Shown piece by piece: positions 61,538-64,000 of a DNA stretch of 64,000 nt; the first letter of the stretch is position 1; each line of letters opens with the position of its first letter. The stretch is from positions 1,504,001 to 1,568,000 of the forward strand of contig CBDAOB010000004.1 in the NCBI GenBank assembly GCA_965197905.1, read 5' to 3'. Both the position numbers and the translations under genes were made by a program. The DNA comes from Candidatus Latescibacterota bacterium. Its GTDB lineage: Bacteria; Latescibacterota; UBA2968; UBA8231. A model generated the notes under the pieces. That model was not told the origin of the DNA and made no database searches. It saw only the letters and a list, made by a program, of their open reading frames with translations.

Positions 61538-62296
61538 ATGGAGACGCAGAGAGTTGCTGTGGTGACCGGGGGCGCACGGGGCATAGGTCTTGCCATCGCC
61601 CGCAAGCTGGCCGCCCACGGTGACCGCGTGATCGTTGCCGACATTCAAACCGACCTTGGGCGCCAAGCGGCGCAGGGTCTCGACGCACATTTTCACTTCG
61701 TCGACGTCGGCGTCGAGAGTTCGGTTGTGCAATTGGTCAAAGAGGTTGAGAACGAGCACGGAGCGATCGAGGTCTGGGTGAATTCGGCCGGGCTTCTCCA
61801 GGCTCCCCAGCGCACCGAATCGATGCCGATGGAGGAACACGACCGCATATGGGAGATCAACTACCGAGGCACCTATCTCTGCTGTCGCGCGGCGGCTCCG
61901 CGCATGGGCGAACGGGGCAAGGGTGCTATTCTGAACATCGGCTCCACCAACAGCTTTCGCATCATGCCTCTGCCTGCCTACTCCCCCTCTAAAGCTGCCA
62001 TCAAGGCACTGACCGAACTACTGGCGGCCGAGTGGGGGCCGCGAGGGGTGCGGGTGAATACGGTCGCCCCCGGATTCGCCCGCACCCCGGCGTTCCAGGC
62101 GCAGATCGACGCCGGCACGCGGGACGTGCAGAAAATCTCCGACACCACCGCCTTGGGCCGGCTGGTGGAACCGGATGAGGTGGCCGAGACGGCGCTGTTT
62201 CTCTGTTCCGAAAAAGCATCGGCTATCACTGGCGTATGTCTGCCGGTCGATTGCGGCTGGTTGCCGACCCATAGCTATAACGCATTTCCCCGATAA
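61538..62296 (+). CDS. SDR-family oxidoreductase
   Basis: TGGARGIG, NSAG, YSPSK and NTVAPG. Confidence 0.93.
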   Translation: METQRVAVVTGGARGIGLAIARKLAAHGDRVIVADIQTDLGRQAAQGLDAHFHFVDVGVESSVVQLVKEVENEHGAIEVWVNSAGLLQAPQRTESMPMEEHDRIWEINYRGTYLCCRAAAPRMGERGKGAILNIGSTNSFRIMPLPAYSPSKAAIKALTELLAAEWGPRGVRVNTVAPGFARTPAFQAQIDAGTRDVQKISDTTALGRLVEPDEVAETALFLCSEKASAITGVCLPVDCGWLPTHSYNAFPR

Positions 62297-62320
62297 CCGC
62301 GCCAGATCAAATCGAATCCT

Positions 62321-63199
62321 ATGCAGCTGACCGACGAACATCTCGAAACCTTCCACGAACAGGGTTTTGTGGTGGTGGAGAACTTCTACCCCGAAGAAAA
62401 GCGCGCCCGGATCGCCGCAGCGATCCGCGAAACCCACCCTCCGTGGGAGATCATGAAGGATCGAGAACCGGAAAAGCTGTCCCCTCCCGGGTTACTGAAG
62501 GCCCGGTTTCCGTACGAGAATATGCTGTTCAACGAACTCACCATCGACGGCGACCTCATCCACTTCATCCAACGGGTGCTGGAAACGGAGGACATACACT
62601 TTCGCTACGCCCACAACTGGGCGCGCTACCCCGTACCGAACCCGCCTCCCAAGCTGCACATGGACAACAGCAACAACTCGCTCTTGCCCCCCACCGGCGG
62701 CGCGCCCTACGGTCAGATCAGCACCTGGTACTTTCCAGAGGCGGTGGGTGAGGACGAAGCGCCGATGTTAGTCATCCCTAAGCGTTATAGCCGCGATTTG
62801 AGCAAGAAGGTGGTCCTCGCCGTGCCCGCCGGCACGCAGATGATCTTTAGCACCCACATCTGGCATTCGGCAACCTTGTTCAAACGAACCGATTCCCAGC
62901 GTTATTCGGTAACCCGCATCTACGGTCGAGCTGATCATTACTGGGAGGGTGTCGGCTTCATCACCAGTCTTGGAAGAAACGAACATTTCAGGGAGTTTAT
63001 CGGCACCCTGACTGCCCGCCAGCGCGAGGTGTTTAGGTTCCCCCCGGCGGGGCACTCGTTTTACACCCGCGAACACCTCGCCCTGTTGGAAGGCCAGTAC
63101 CCCGGCTGGAACACGAGGCAAGAGTACCTGCCCGGCGAGGAGATCGAACCTCTCGACGATCCCTTTCTCTTCGGCCTCGGTCATGTTCCCGATGAGTAG
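62321..63199 (+). CDS. Phytanoyl-CoA dioxygenase (PhyH) family Fe(II)/2-oxoglutarate dioxygenase
   Basis: LTDE....F.EQGFVVVE, HxD (HMD), VPAG, WHS and distal R. Confidence 0.85.
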   Translation: MQLTDEHLETFHEQGFVVVENFYPEEKRARIAAAIRETHPPWEIMKDREPEKLSPPGLLKARFPYENMLFNELTIDGDLIHFIQRVLETEDIHFRYAHNWARYPVPNPPPKLHMDNSNNSLLPPTGGAPYGQISTWYFPEAVGEDEAPMLVIPKRYSRDLSKKVVLAVPAGTQMIFSTHIWHSATLFKRTDSQRYSVTRIYGRADHYWEGVGFITSLGRNEHFREFIGTLTARQREVFRFPPAGHSFYTREHLALLEGQYPGWNTRQEYLPGEEIEPLDDPFLFGLGHVPDE

Positions 63200-64000
63200 A
63201 CCGCTGGTCACCCCTCTAGTTGTGGACGCGCATGGCCACACCCTGGACCTTGCGTTTGAAGCGGGTGTGGATCTCCACAAGGATCTGCGGGGGTTGACCG
63301 ATCTTCCCTTGATGCGTAGCGGAGGAGTGACGGCACAACTCACGGCCTGCTGGATACCCGATGCGGCCATTGGCGGACCCCATGCTACCCGAGAACCGTT
63401 GCAGAAGGCTCTGCGAATGGTGGACTACCTGCTCCGTCAGCTGGAGCAGGAAGCGGGACATCATTTTGTCGTGGCAACCTGTGCGGAAGACATCCGCACG
63501 GCGAAGGCGAACGGCAAGATTGCGTTTATTCTCGGCTTGGAGGGGGGCGACGCGCTCAAAGGCGATCTGGGCTTGTTGCGCACCTTTTACAGACTCGGTC
63601 TGCGCCACCTAGGTCTGGTCCATGAAGGGCGGAATGCGTTGGGAACCGCGACCCAAGTATGGGACGGGCCGCACATGCGGTTGTACGATGACAAGGTCGA
63701 CCCGAGCGGAGGGCTGACGCCGGACGGGAAAGCGTTTGTGCGCGAAATGAATCACCTCGGAATCATGGTGGACGTTACGCACATGGAAGAAACGACCTTC
63801 TGGGATGCCCTGGACATCGCCAAGGCCCCGGTTATCGCAACCCATGGAAACGCGCGATCCTTGCGCGACACCCCCCGCAATCTTACCGATGACCAGATAC
63901 GCGCGATTGCCTCGACGGGCGGAATCGTGTGTCCCAGTCCAACGCCGCTGGGACCGGGAGGTGAAAAACCCGGCCTCGAGATGGTGCTGGACCATATCGA
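63192..64000 (+). CDS. Membrane dipeptidase (peptidase M19), 3'-truncated; absent from the ORF track
   Basis: Manual translation: MSRPLVTPLVVDAHGHT...DLP.MR.GGV...LEGGD...GGLT..GK..V.EMN.LG..VDVTH...ATHGNAR...RNLTDDQ..AIA..GG...DHI. Confidence 0.88.
   Translation, partial: MSRPLVTPLVVDAHGHTLDLAFEAGVDLHKDLRGLTDLPLMRSGGVTAQLTACWIPDAAIGGPHATREPLQKALRMVDYLLRQLEQEAGHHFVVATCAEDIRTAKANGKIAFILGLEGGDALKGDLGLLRTFYRLGLRHLGLVHEGRNALGTATQVWDGPHMRLYDDKVDPSGGLTPDGKAFVREMNHLGIMVDVTHMEETTFWDALDIAKAPVIATHGNARSLRDTPRNLTDDQIRAIASTGGIVCPSPTPLGPGGEKPGLEMVLDHI

Overview
A gene-dense, high-GC (about 60-65% by eye) bacterial chromosomal window with no CRISPR array, rRNA, integrase or transposase detected. The gene content suggests a diderm of the FCB superphylum, most plausibly Candidatus Latescibacterota or a relative. 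This is an inference from PorV-like barrels, FlgD-Ig and T9SS-type C-terminal sorting domains, 'DFDGNGTVNFDDFFLFADSFG' EF-hand/dockerin-like tails and a long insertion-bearing SecA. Positions 1-55 kb are mostly housekeeping genes: rseP, queG, ftsY, ribD-ribE-ribBA-ribH-nusB, secA, purC, tgt-yajC-fmt, tRNA-Ala(GGC), mfd with two parvulin PPIases, nrnA, an argF-like gene, moaC, icd and a CIRCE-controlled groEL. Poorly characterised envelope modules are interspersed: a circularly permuted SpoIVB-type (S55) protease paired with a beta-propeller protein; an Asp-box propeller with two PorV-like barrels, a site-2 protease and two paralogous lipoproteins; a DPM-like GT2 with a TMTC-like transferase; and an apparently inactive M23 protein with a bactofilin. 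The last 8 kb hold a candidate undescribed oxidative catabolic cluster built around a PhnZ-type HD diiron C-P-cleaving oxygenase, with a DUF3604 metallohydrolase, a PhyH-type dioxygenase, two SDRs, a 2-hydroxyacid dehydrogenase and an M19 dipeptidase. Two genes carry single-base frameshifts at G positions, which are probably sequencing errors. All family calls come from motif recognition; no database search was run.
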